The notes beneath the pieces were generated by a model. That model was not told the origin of the DNA, did not search any database, and saw only the letters and a list, made by a program, of their open reading frames with translations. 64,000 nucleotides of DNA from the human T2T-CHM13v2.0 reference genome, Homo sapiens, in the NCBI RefSeq assembly GCF_009914755.1, contig NC_060933.1. One strand, 5' to 3'. Made by a program: the position numbers and the translations under genes. Shown one piece after another: positions 30,719 to 45,000 of the stretch (position 1 is its first letter; each line of letters begins with the position of its first letter).

Positions 30719-33700
30719 CATTCCATTCGATTCCATTCTATTCGGGTTAATTGCATTCCATTCCATTCGATTGCAATCGAGTTGATTCCATTCCATTCCA
30801 TTCCATTCCATTCCATTCCTTTCCATTCCATTACGGATGATTCCATTCCATTGCATTCCATTCCATTCCATTCCCCTATACTCGGGTTGATTCCATTCCA
30901 TTCCATTCCAATCCATGCCATTTCACTCGTGTTGATTCCATTCTTTCCATTCCATTCAAGTTGAATCCATTCCATTGTATTCCATTCCATTCGATTCCAT
31001 TCGATTGCACTCGGGTTGATTCCATTCCATTGCATTCCATTCCATTCCATTCCAATCCATTCCATTCCATTCCGTTCCATTCCATTTCATTACATTCAGA
31101 TTGATTCTATTCAATTCCCTTACACTCCTTTATATTCCAATCCATTCTGGGTGTCTCCATTCCATTCCATTCCATTTCACTCCATTCCATTGCACTCGGG
31201 TTGATTCCATTACATTCCATTCCATTGCATTCCATTCCATTCCATTCCGGATGATTCCATTCCATTGCATTGCATTCCATTGCATTCCCCTGCACTCTGG
31301 TTGACTCCATTCCATTCCATTACATTACATTCCGTACCATTCCATTCCATTCCATTCGGATTGATTCTATTCAATTCCCTTACACTCCATTACATTCCAT
31401 TCCATTCGGGTAGTTTCCATACCATTCCATTCCATTCCTCTCCATTCCATTGCACTCGGGTTGATTCCATTCCATTCCATTCCATTCCATTACATTACAT
31501 TACATTCCATTCCATTCCGTTCCATTGTACTCGGGTTGATTCCATTCCATTGCATTGCATTCCATTCCATTCCATTCCATTCCATTCCATTCCATTCCGT
31601 TCCATTCCATTACATTCGGATTGATTCTATTCAACTCCCTTACTCTCCATTACATTCCATTCCATTCGGGTTGTTCCATTCCATTCCATTCCATTCCACT
31701 CCATTCCATTGCGCTCGGGTTGATTCCATTCCATTCCATTCCATTCCATTCCATTCCATTCCGGATGATTCCATTCCATTGCATTCCGTTCCATTTCATT
31801 CCCCTGCACTCGGGTTGATTCCATTCCATTCCATGCCATTCCCTTCCATTCGATTCCATTCCATTCCAATTCTTTCCATTCCATTCTATTCCGTACCATT
31901 CCATTCCATTCCATACAATTCCATTCCATTCCATTCCACTCCTTTCCGTTCCGTTCCGTTCTGTTCCGTTCCATTCCATTCCATTCCATTCTATTCGGTT
32001 TAATTCCATTCCATTCCATTCCATTCCATTCCATTCCATTCTATTCCATTCCATTGCAATCGAGTTGAATCCATTGCATTCCATTCCATTCCACTCCATT
32101 CCATTCCATTCCGGAAGATTCCATTCCATTGCATTCCATTCCATTCCATTCCATTCCATTCCATTCCATTCCATTCCATTCCATTCCATTCCATTGTACT
32201 CGGGTTGATTCCATTCCATTGCATTGCATTCCATTCCATTCCATTCCATTCCATTCCATTCCATTCCATTCCGTTCCATTCCATTCCATTACATTCGGAT
32301 TGATTCTTTTCAACTCCCTTACTCTCCATTACATTCCATTCCATTCGGGTTGTTCCATTCCATTCCACTCCATTCCATTGCACTCGGGTTGATTCCATTC
32401 CATTCCATTCCATTCCATTCCGGATGATTCCATTCCATTGCATTCCGTTCCATTACATTCCCCTGCACTCGTGTTGATTCCATTCCATTCCTTTCCATTC
32501 CATTCGATTCCATTCCATTCCCCTGCACTCGCGTTGATTCCATTCCATTCCATTCCATTCCATTCCTTTCCGTTCCATTCCATTCCATTCCATTCCATTC
32601 CGTTCCGTTCCATTCCATTCCATTCCATTCCGTTCCGTTCCATTCCATTCCATTCTATTCGGGTTAATTCCATTCCATACCATTCGATTGCAATCGATTT
32701 GATTCCCTTCCATTCCATTCCATTCCATTCCATTCCATTCCATTCGATTCCAGTCCTTTCCATTCCTTTCCATTCCATTACTGATGATTCCATTCCATTG
32801 CATTCCATTCCATTCCATTCCCCTGTACTCGGGTTGATTCCATTCCATTCCATTCCAATCCATGCCATTCCACTCGTGTTGATTCCATTCTTTCCTTTCC
32901 ATTCAAGTTGAATCCATTCCATTGCATTCCATTCCATTCGATTCCATTCGATTGCACTCGGGTTGATTCCATTCCATTGCATTCCATTCCATTCCATTCC
33001 ATTCCGTTCCATTCCATTTCATTACATTCAGATTGATTCTATTCAATTCCCTTACACTCCATTATATTCCAATCCATTCTGGTTGTTTCCATTCCATTCC
33101 ATTCCATTTCACTGCATTCCATTGCACTCGGGTTGATTCCATTCCATTCCATTCCATTGCATTCCATTCCATTCCATTCCGGATGATTCCATTCCATTGC
33201 ATTCCATTCCATTCCATTCCCCTGCACTCGGGTTGATTCCATTCCATTCCATTCCATTACATTCCGTTCCATTCCATTCCATTCCATTCGGATTGATTCT
33301 GTTCAATTCCCTTACACTCCATTACATTCCATTCCATTCGGGTAGTTTCCATTCCATTCCATTCCATTCCTCTCCATTCCATTGCACTTGGGTTGATTCC
33401 ATTCCATTCCATTCCATTACATTACATTACATTACATTCCGTTCTTTTGTACTCGGGTTGATTCCATTCCATTGCATTCCATTGCATTCCATTCCATTCC
33501 ATTCCATTCCATTCCATTCCATTCCGTTCCATTCCATTACATTCGGATTGATCCTATTCAACTCCCTTACTCTCCATTACATTCCATTCCATTCGGGTTG
33601 TTCCATTCCATTCCATTCCATTCCACTCCATTCCATTGCACTCGGGTTGATTCCATTCCATTCCATTCCATTCCATTCCATTCCATTCCATTCCGGATGA

Positions 33701-36169
33701 TTCCATTCCATTGCATTCCGTTCCATTACATTCCCCTGCACTCGGGTTGATTCCATTCCATTCCATTCCATTCGATTCCATTCCATTCCAATTCTTTCCA
33801 TTCCATTCTATTCCGTACCATGCCATTCGATTCCATACAATTCCATTCCATTCCATTCCACTCCGTTCCGTTCCGTTCCGTTCCGTTCCATTCCATTCCA
33901 TTCCATTCCATTCTATTCGGGTTAATTCCATTCCATTCCATTCGATTGCAATCGAGTTGATTCCATTCCATTCCATTCCTTTCCATTCCATTCCATTCCT
34001 TTCCATTCCATTACGGATGATTCCATTCCATTCCATTCCATTCCATTCCATTCCATTCCCCTGTACTCGGGTTGATTCCATTCCATTCCATTCCAATCCA
34101 TGCCATTCCACTCGTGTTGATTCCATTCTTTCCATTCCATTCAAGTTGAATCCATTCCATTGCCTTCCATTCCATTCCATTCCCCTGCAGTCGGGTTGAT
34201 TCCATTCCATTCCATTCCATTCCATTACATTCCATTCCATTCCGTTCCATTCCATTACATTCGGATTGATTCTATTCAACTCCCTTACTCTCCATTACAT
34301 TCCATTCCATTCGGGTTGTTCCATTCCATTCCATTCCATTCCACTCCATTCTATTCCATTCCATTGCAATCGAGTTGAATCTATTGCATTTCATTCCATT
34401 CCATTCCATTCCATTCCATTCCGGAAGTTTCCATTCCATTGCATTCCATTCCATTCCATTCCCCTGCACTCGCGTTGATTCCATTCCATTCCATTCCATT
34501 CCATTCCGTTCCGTTCCATTCCATTCCATTCCATTCCGTTCCATTCCATTCCATTCCATTCTATTCGGGTTAATTCCATTCCATTCCATTCGATTGCAAT
34601 CGAGTTGATTCCATTCCATTCCATTCCATTCCATTCCATTCCATTCCATTCCTTTCCATTCCATTACGGATGATTCCATTCCATTGCATTCCATTCCATT
34701 CCATTCCCCTGTACTCGGGTTGATTCCATTCCATTCCATTCCAATCCATGCCATTCCACTCGTGTTGATTCCATTCTTTCCATTCCATTCAAGTTGAATC
34801 CATTCCATTGCCTTCCATTCCATTCCATTCCCCTGCAGTCGGGTTGATTCCATTCCATTCCATTCCATTCCATTCCGTTCAATTCCATTCCATTCCATTC
34901 CATTCTATTCGGGTTAATTCCATTCCATTCCATTCCATTCCATTCCATTCCATTCCATTCCAATCGAGTTGAATCCATTCCATTCCATTCCGTTCCACTC
35001 CATTCCAGTCCTTTCCATTCCATTCCACTCGGGTTGATTCCAATGTATTCCTTTCCATTCCATTCCATTCCATTGCAATCAAGTTGATTCCATTGCTTTG
35101 CATTCCATTCCATTCCATTCCATTCCGGATGATTCCATTCCATTGCATTCCATTCCATTCCATTCCCCTGCACTCGGGTTGATTCCATTCCACTCCACTC
35201 CATTCCGTTCCATTCCATTCCATTCCATTGTATTCGGCTTAATTCCATTTCATTCCATTCCATTCCATTCCATTCCATTACAATCGAGTTGATTCCATTC
35301 CATTCCATTCCATTCCAGTCCTTTCCATTCCATTCCACTCGGGTGGATTCCATTCTATTAGTTTCCATTCCATTCCATTCCCTTCCATTCCACTCTGGTT
35401 GATTCCATTCCTTTCCATTCCACTCGAATACATTCCCTCCTATTCCACTCGGAACGATTCCATTCCATTCCATTCCATTCCATTCCATTCCATTCCATTC
35501 CATTGTACTCGGGTTGATTCAATTCCATTGCATTCCATTCCATTCCATTCCATTCCATTCCGTTGCACTCCATTCCATTACATTCGGATTGATTCTATTA
35601 AACTCCCTTACTCTCCATTACATTCCATTCCATTCGGGTTGTTCCATTCCATTCCATTCCATTCCACTCCATTCCATTGCACTCGCGTTGATTCCATTCC
35701 ATTCCATTCCATTCCGGATGATTCCATTCCACTGCATTCCGTTCCATTAGATTCCCCTGCACTCGCGTTGATTCCATTCCATTCCATTCCATTCCATTCA
35801 ATTCCATTCCATTACAATTCGTTCTATTCCATTCTATTCCGTACCATTCCATTCCATTCCATACCATTCCATTCCATTCCATTCCGTTCCATTCCATTCC
35901 ATTCTATTCGGATTAATTCCATTCCATTCCATTCCATTCCATTCTATTCCATTCCATTGCAATCGAGTTGAATCCATTGCATTTCATTCCATTCCATTCC
36001 ATTCCATTCCATTCCATTCCTTTCCATTCCGGAAGATTCCATTCCATTGCATTCCATTTCATTCCATTCCCCTGCACTCGCGTTGATTCCATTCCATTCC
36101 ATTCCATTCCATTCCATTCCATTCCATTCCATTCCATTCCGTTCCGTTCCATTCCATTCCATTCCATTC

Positions 36170-39060
36170 TATTCGGGTTAATTCCATTCCATTCCATTCG
36201 ATTGCAATCGAGTTGATTCCATTCCATTCCATTCCATTCCATTCCATTCCATTCCTTTCCATTCCATTACGGATGATTCCATTCCATTGCATTCCATTCC
36301 CTTCCATTCCCCTGTACTCGGGTTCATTCCATTCCATTCCATTCCATTCCAATCCATGCCATTCCACTCGTGTTGATTCCATTCTTTCGATTCCATTCAA
36401 GTTGAATCCATTCCATTGCATTCCATTCCATTCGCTTCCATTCGATTGCACTCGGGTTGATTCCATTCCATTGCATTCCATTCCATTCCATTCCATTCCA
36501 TTCCGTTCCATTCCATTCCATTACATTCGGATTGATTCTATTCAATTCCCTTACACTCCATTACATTCCATTCCATTCGGGTAGATTCCATTCCATTCCA
36601 TTCCATTCCTCTCCCTTCCATTGCACTCGGGTTGATTCCATTCCATTGCATTCCTTTCCATTCCATTCAATTCCATTCCGTTCCATTCCATTCCATTATA
36701 TTCGGATTTATTCTATTCAACTCCCTTACTCTCCATTACATTCCATTCCATTCGGGTTGTTCCATTCCATTCCATTCCATTCCACTCCATTCCATTGCAC
36801 TCGGGTTGATTCCATTCCATTCCATTCCATTCCGGAAGATTCCATTCCATTGCATTCCATTCCATTCCATTCCCCTGCACTCGCGTTGATTCCATTCCAT
36901 TCCATTCTATTCCATTCCATTCCCTTCCTTTCCGTTCCATTCCATTCCATTCCATTCCATTCCGTTCCGTTCCATTCCATTCCATTCCATTCTATTCGGG
37001 TTAATTCCATTCCATTCCATTCAATTGCAATCGAGTTGATTCCATTCCATTCCATTCCATTCCATTCCATTCCTTTCCATTCCATTACGGATGATTCCAT
37101 TCCATTGCATTCCATTCCATTCCATTCCCCTGTACTCGGGTTGATTCCATTCCATTGCATTCCAATCCATGCCCTTCCACTCTTGTTGATTCCATTCTTT
37201 CCATTCCATTCAAGTTGAATCCATTCCATTGCATTCCATTCCATTCGATTCCATTCGATTGCACTCGGGTTGATTCCATTCCATTGCATTCCATTCCATT
37301 CCATTCCATTCCATTCCATTCCATTCCGTTCCATTCCATTCCATTACATTCGGATTGATTCTATTCAATTCCCTTACACTCCATTACATTCCATTCCATT
37401 CGGGTAGTTTCCATTCCATTCCATTCCATTCCTCTCCATTCCATTGAACTCGGGTTGATTCCATTCCATTGCATTCCATTCCATTCCATTCAATTCCATT
37501 CCGTTCCATTCCATTCCATTACATTCGGATTGATTCTATTCAACTCCCTTACTCTCCATTACATTCCATTCCATTCGGGTTGTTCCAATCCATTCCATTC
37601 CATTCCACTCCATTCCATTGCACTCGGGTTTATTCCATTCCATTCCATTCCATTCCATTCCATTCCATTCCATTCCGGAAGATTCCATTCCATTGCATTC
37701 CATTCCATTCCATTCCCCTGCACTCGCGTTGATTCCATTCCATTCCATTCCATTCCATTCCATTCCATTCCATTCCTTTCCGTTCCATTCCATTCCATTC
37801 CATTCCATTCCATTCCATTCCGTTCCGTTCCGTTCCATTCCATTCCATTCCATTCTATTCGGGTTAATTCCATTCCATTCCATTCGATTGCAATCGAGTT
37901 GATTCCATTCCATTCCATTCCATTCCATTCCATTCCATTCCATTCCTTTCCATTCCATTACGGATGATTCCATTCCATTGCATTCCATTCCATTCCATTC
38001 CCCTGTACTCGGGTTGATTCCATTCCATTCCATTCCAATCCATGCCATTCCACTCGTGTTGATTCCATTCTTTCCATTCCATTCAAGTTGAATCCATTCC
38101 ATTGCATTCCATTCCATTCGATTCCATTCGAATGCACTCGGGTTGATTCCATTCCATTGCATTCCATTCCATTCCAATCCATTCCATTCCATTCCATTCC
38201 ATTCCGTTCCATTCCATTCCATTCCATTCCATTCCATTCCGTTCCATTCCATTCCATTACATTCGGATTGATACTATTCAATTCCCTTACACTCCATTAC
38301 ATTCCATTCCATTCGGGTAGTTTCCATTCCATTCCATTCCATTCCTCTCCATTCCATTGAACTCGGGTTGATTCCATTCCATTGCATTCCATTCCATTCC
38401 ATTCAATTCCATTCTGTTCCATTCCATTCCATTACATTCGGATTGATTCTATTCAACTCCCTTACTCTCCGTTACATTCCATTCCATTCGGGTTGTTCCA
38501 TTCCATTCCATTCCATTCCACTCCATTCCATTGCACTCGGGTTTATTCCATTCCATTCCATTCCATTCCATTCCATTCCATTCCGTTCCATTCCGGAAGA
38601 TTCCATTACATTGCATTCCATTCCATTCCATTCCCCTGCACTCGCGTTGATTCCATTCCATTCCATTCCATTCCATTCCCTTCAATTCCATTCCTTTCCG
38701 TTCCATTCCATTCCATTCCATTCCATTCCGTTCCGTTCCGTTCCATGCCATTCCATTCCATACTATTCGGGTTAATTCCATTCCATTCCATTCGATTGCA
38801 ATCGAGTTGATTCCATTCCATTCCATTCCATTCCATTCCATTCCATTCCATTCCTTTCCATTCCATTACGGATGATTCCATTCCATTGCATTCCATTCCA
38901 TTCCATTCCCCTGTACTCGGGTTGATTCCATTCCATTCCATTCCAATCCATGCCATTCCACTCCTGTTGATTCCATTCTTTCCATTCCATTCAAGTTGAA
39001 TCCATTCCATTGCATTCCATTCCATTCGATTCCATTCGATTGCACTCGGGTTGATTCCAT
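36170..39060 (+). repeat. Three to four consecutive ~0.81-0.91 kb cycles of the basic word order
   Basis: CAAGTTGAATCC occurs at 36398, 37211, 38084 and 38992 (spacings 813, 873, 908). CGGGTAG occurs at ~36578, 37401 and ~38314. Confidence 0.85.
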
Positions 39061-41309
39061 TCCATTGCATTCCATTCCATTCCATTACATTCCATTCCAT
39101 TCCGTTCCATTCCATTTCATTACATTCAGATTGATTCTATTCAATTCCCTTACACTCCATTATATTCCAGTCCATTCTGGTTGTCTCCATTCCATTCCAT
39201 TCCATTTCACTCCATTCCATTGCGCTCAGGTTGATTCCATTCCATTCCATTCCATTCCATTCCATTCCATTCCATTCCATTCCGGATGATTCCATTCCAT
39301 TGCATTCCGTTCCATTACATTCCCCTGCACTCGGGTTGATTCCATTCCATTCCATTCCATTCGATTCCATTCCATTCCAATTCTTTCCATTCCATTCTAT
39401 TCCGTACCATTCCATTCCATTCCATACAATTCCATTCCATTCCATTCCACTCCTTTCCGTTCCGTTCTGTTCTGTTCCGTTCCATTCCATTCCATTCCAT
39501 TCTATTCGGTTTAATTGCATTCCATTCCATTCCATTCCATTCCATTCCATTCTATTCCATTCCATTGCAATCGAGTTGAATCCATTGCATTCCATTCCAT
39601 TCCATTCCATTCCGGAAGATTCCATTCCATTGCATTCCATTCCATTCCATTCCATTCCATTCCATTCCATTCCATTCCATTGTACTCGGGTTCATTCCAT
39701 TCCATTGCATTCTATTCCATTCCATTCCATTCCATTCCATTCCGTTCCATTCCATTCCATTACATTCGGATTGATTCTTTTCAACTCCCTTACTGTCCAT
39801 TACATTCCATTCCATTCGGGTTGTTCCATTCCATTCCATTCCATTCCACTCCATTCCATTGCACTCGGGTTTACTCCATTCCATTCCATTCCATTCCATT
39901 CCGGATGATTCCATTCCGTTGCAATCCGTTCTATTACATTCCCCTGCACTCGGGTTGATTCCATTCCATTCCTTTCCATTCCATTCGATTCCATTCCATT
40001 CCCCTACACTCGCGTTGATTCCATTCCATTCCATTCCATTCCATTCCATTCCATTCCATTCCTTTCCGTTCCATTCCATTCCATTCCATTCCATTCCATT
40101 CCATTCCGTTCCGTTCCCTTCCATTGCATTCCATTCTATTCGGGTTAATTCCATTCCATTCTATTCGATTGCAATCGAGTTGATTCCATTCCATTCCATT
40201 CCATTCCATTCCATTCCAGTCCTTTCCATTCCTTTCCATTCCATTACTGATGATTCCATTGCATTGCATTCCATTCCATTCCATTCCCCTGTGCTCGGGT
40301 TGATTCCATTCCATTCCATTCCAATCCATGCCATTCCACTCGTGTTGATTCCATTCTTTCCTTTCCATTCAAGTTGAATCCATTCCATTGCATTCCATTC
40401 CATTCGATTCCATTCGATTGCACTCGGGTTGATTCCATTCCATTGCATTCCATTCCATTCCATTACATTCCATTCCTTTCCATTCCATTTCATTACATTC
40501 AGATTGATTCTATTCAATTCCCTTACACTCCATTATATTCCAATCCATTCTGGTTGTTTCCATTCCATTCCATTCCATTTCACTCCATTCCATTGCACTC
40601 GGGTTGATTCCATTCCATTCCATTCCACTGCATTCCATTCCATTCCATTCCGGATGATTCCATTCCGTTGCATTCCATTCCATTCCATTCCCCTGTACTC
40701 GGGTTGATTCCATTCCATTCCATTCCATTACATTCCGTTCCATTCCATTCCATTCCATTTGGATTGTTTCTATTCAATTCCCTTACACTCCATTACATTC
40801 CATTCCATTCGGGTAGTTTCCATTCCATTCCATTCCATTCCTCTCCATTCCATTGCACTCGGGTTGATTCCATTCCATTCCATTCCATTCCATTCCATTC
40901 CATTACATTACATGACATTACATTCCGTTCCATTGTACTCGGGTTGATTCCATTCCATTGCATTCCATTCCATTCCGTTCCATTCCATTACATTCGGATT
41001 GATTCTATTCAACTCCCTTACTCTCCATTACATTCCATTCCATTCGGGTTGTTCCATTCCATTCCATTCCATTCCACTCCATTCCATTGCACTCGGGTTG
41101 ATTCCATTCCATTCCATTCCATTCCATTCCATTCCATTCCGGATGATTCCATTGCATTCCGTTCCGTTACATTCCCCTGCACTCGAGTTGATTCCATTCC
41201 ATTCCATTCCATTCCATTCGATTCCATTCCATTCCAATTCTTTCCATTCCATTGTATTCCGTACCATGCCATTCCATTCCATACAATTCCATTCCATTCC
41301 ATTCCACTC

Positions 41310-41344
41310 CGTTCCGTTCCGTTCCGTTCCGTTCCGTTCCGTTC
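41310..41344 (+). repeat. (CGTTC)7 variant-pentamer run
   Basis: Seven consecutive CGTTC units. Confidence 0.9.
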
Positions 41345-42099
41345 CATTCCATTCCATTCCATTCTATTCGGGTTAATTCCATTCCATTCCATTCGATTGC
41401 AATCGAGTTGATTCCATTCCATTCGATTCCATTCCATTCCATTCCATTCCATTCCATTCCTTTCCATTCCATTACGGATGATTCCATTCCATTGCATTCC
41501 ATTCCATTCCATTCCCCTGTACTCGGGTTGATTCCATTCCATTCCATTCCATTCCAGTCCTTTCCATTCCATTCCAGTCGGGTTGATTCCATTCTATTAG
41601 TTTCCATTCCATTCCATTCCCTTCCATTCCACTCTGGTTGATTCCATTCCTTTCCATTCCACTCGAAAACATTCCCTCCTTTCCACTCGGAACATTTCCA
41701 TTCCATTCCATTCCATTCCATTCCATTCCATTTCGTTCCATTCCATTCTATTCCGTAACATTCCATTCCATTCCATTCTATTCCATTCCATTAAATTCCA
41801 TTCCATTCCATTCCATTCCATTGTACTAGGGTTGATTCCATTCCATTGCATTCCATTCCATTCCAGTCCATTCCGTTCCATTCCATTCCATTACATTCGG
41901 ATTGATTCTATTCAATTCCCTTACACTCCATTACATTCCATTCCATTCGGGTAGTTTCCATTCCATTCCATTCCATGCCTCTCCATTCCATTGCACTCGG
42001 GTTGATTCCATTCCATTCCATTCCATTCCATTCCATTCCATTCCATTACGGATGATTCCATTCCATTGCATTACATTCCATTCCATTCCCCTGTACTCG

Positions 42100-45000
42100 G
42101 GCTGATTCCATTCCATTCCATTCCATACCATTCCATTCCATTCCATTCCATTCCATTCCGTTCCATTCCGTTCCATTCCATTCCATTCCATTCTATTCGT
42201 GTTAATTCCATTCCATTGTATTCCATTCCATTCCATTGAAATCGAGTTGATTCCATTCCATTCCATTCCATTCCATTCCATTCCATTCCGGATGATTCCA
42301 TTCCATTGCATTCCATTCCATTCCATTCCCCTGCACTCGGACGGATTCCATTCCATTCCATTACATTACATTACGTTCCATTCCGTTCCATTCTATTCTA
42401 TTCGGGTTAATTCCATTCCATTCCATTCCACTCCCTTCCATTCCATTCTATTCGGGTTAATTCCATTCCATAACATTCCATTCCATTCCATTCCATTCCA
42501 AACGAGTTGATTCCATTCCATTCCATTCCATTTCACTCAATTCCAGTCCTTTCGATTCCATTCCACTCGGGTTGATTCCATTCTATTCCTTTCCATTCCA
42601 TTCCATTCCATCGCAATCGAGTTGATTCCATTGCTTTGCATTCCATTCTATTCCATTCCATTCCGGATGATTCCTTTCCATTGCATTCCATTCCTTTCCA
42701 TTCCCCTGCACTCGGGTTGATTCCATTCCATTCCACTCCATTCCATTGCATTCCATTCCATTCCATTGTATTCAGGTTGATTCCATTGCATTCCTTTCCA
42801 TTCCATTCCATTCCATTCCATTCCATTCCATTCCATTACAATCGAGTTGATTCCATTCCATTCCATTCCATTCCAGTCCTTTCCATTCCATTCCACTTAG
42901 GTTGATTCCATTCTATTAGTTTCCATTCCATTCCATTCCCTTCCATTCCACTCTGGTTGATTCCATTCCTTTCCATTCCACTCGAATACACTCCCTCCTA
43001 TTCCACTCGGAACGATTCCATTCCATTCCATTCCATTCCATTCCACTCCATTTCATTCCATTCCATTTCGTTCCATTCCATTCTATTCCGTACCATTCCA
43101 TTCCATTCCATTCCATTCCATTCCATTCCACTCGTGTTGATTCCATTGCTTTCCATTCCATTCGGTTTGAAGGCATTCCATTCCATTCAATTCAATTCCA
43201 TTCCATTCCATTCCATTCCATTCCATTCCATTCCATTCCATTCCATTGTACTCGGGTTGATTCAATTCCATTTCATTCCATTCCATTCCATTCCGTTGCA
43301 TTCCATTCCATTTCATTCGGATTGATTGTATTCAAATCCCTTACTCTCCATTCCATTCCATTCCATTCGGGTTGTTCCATTCTATTCCATTCCATTCCAT
43401 TCCATTCCATTCCATACCATTAAATTCCATTCCATTCCATTCCATTCCGTTCCATTCCGTTCCATTCCATTCCATTCCATTCTATTCGGGTTAATTCCAT
43501 TCCATTCCATTCCATTCCATTCCATTCCATTCTATTCCATTCCATTGCAATCGAGTTGAATCCATTGCATTTCATTCCATTCCATTCCATTCCATTCCGG
43601 AAGATTCCATTCCATTGCATTCCATTCCATTCCATTCCCCTGCACTCGCGTTGATTCCATTCCATTCCATTCCATTCCATTCCATTCCGTTCCGTTCCGT
43701 TCCGTTCCATTCCATTCCATTCCATTCCATTCCGTTCCATTCCATTCCATTCCATTCCATTCCACTCTATTCGGGTTAATTCCATTCCATTCCATTCGAT
43801 TGCAATCGAGTTGATTCCATTCCATTCCATTCCATTCCATTCCATTCCATTCCTTTCCCCTGTACTCGGGTTGATTCCATTCCATTCCATTCCAATCCAT
43901 GCCATTCCACTCGTGTTGATGCCATTCTTTCCATTCAATTCAAGATGAATCCATTGCATTGCATTCCATTCCATTCGATTCCATTCGTTTGCACTCGTGT
44001 TGATTCCATGGCATTGCATTCCAATCCATTCCATTCCATTCCATTCCATTCCTTTCCATTCCATTCCATTCCATTCGGATTCATTCTATTCAATTCCCTT
44101 ACACTCCATTACATTACATTCCATTCGGGTTGTTCCATTCCATTCCATTCCATTCCACTCCATTCCATTGCACTGGGGTTGATTCCATTCCATTCGTTTC
44201 CATTCCATTCCATTCCATTCCGGATGATTCCATTCCATTGCATTCCGTTCCATTCCATTCCCCTGCAGTCGCGTTGATTCCATTCCATTCCATTCCATTC
44301 CATTCCATTCCATTCCATTCCATTCCATTCCATTGTACTCGGGTTGATTCCATTCCATTGCATTCCATTCCATTCCATTCCATTCCATTCCATTCCATTC
44401 TGTTGCTTTCCATTCCATTACATTCGGATTGATTCTATTCAACTCCCTTACTCTCCATTACATTCCATTCCATTCGGGTTCTTCCATTCCATTCCATTCC
44501 ATTCCACTCCATTCCATTGCACTCGGGTTGATTCCATTCCATTCCATTCCATTCCATTCATTCCGGATGATTCCATTCCATTGCATTCCGTTCCATTACA
44601 TTCCCCTGCACTCGCGTTGATTCCATTCCATTCCATTCCATTCCATTCAATTCCATTCCATTACAATTCGTTCCATTCCATTCTATTCCGTACCATTCCC
44701 TACCATTCCATACCATTCCATTCCATTCCATTCCATTCCATTCCATTCCATTCCGTTCCATTCCATTCCATTCCATTCTATTCGGGTTAATTCCATTCCA
44801 TTCCATTCCGTTCCATTCCATTCCATTCCATTCCATTGCATTCCATTCCGTTCCATTCCGTTCCATTCCATTCCATTCCATTCTATTCGGGTTAATTCCA
44901 TTCCATTCCATTCCATTCCATTCCATTCCACTCTATTCCATTCCATTGCAATCGAGTTGAATCCATTGCATTTCATTCCATTCCATTCCATTCCATTCCA

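Larger units (their letters stand above)
24000..41450 (+). repeat. Three diverged copies of a multi-kb block (approx. 24.0-27.3, 29.9-33.9 and 37.9-41.4 kb), spaced ~6-7.5 kb
   Basis: The marker TTCATTACATTCAGATTG...TATATTCCA(A/G)TCCATTCTGG occurs in pairs at ~25211+27043, ~31097+33028 and ~39127+40499. CATTACTGATG occurs at 26781, 32776 and 40242. TTCTTTCCTTTCCATTCAAG occurs at ~26898, ~32888 and ~40354. Confidence 0.8.
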
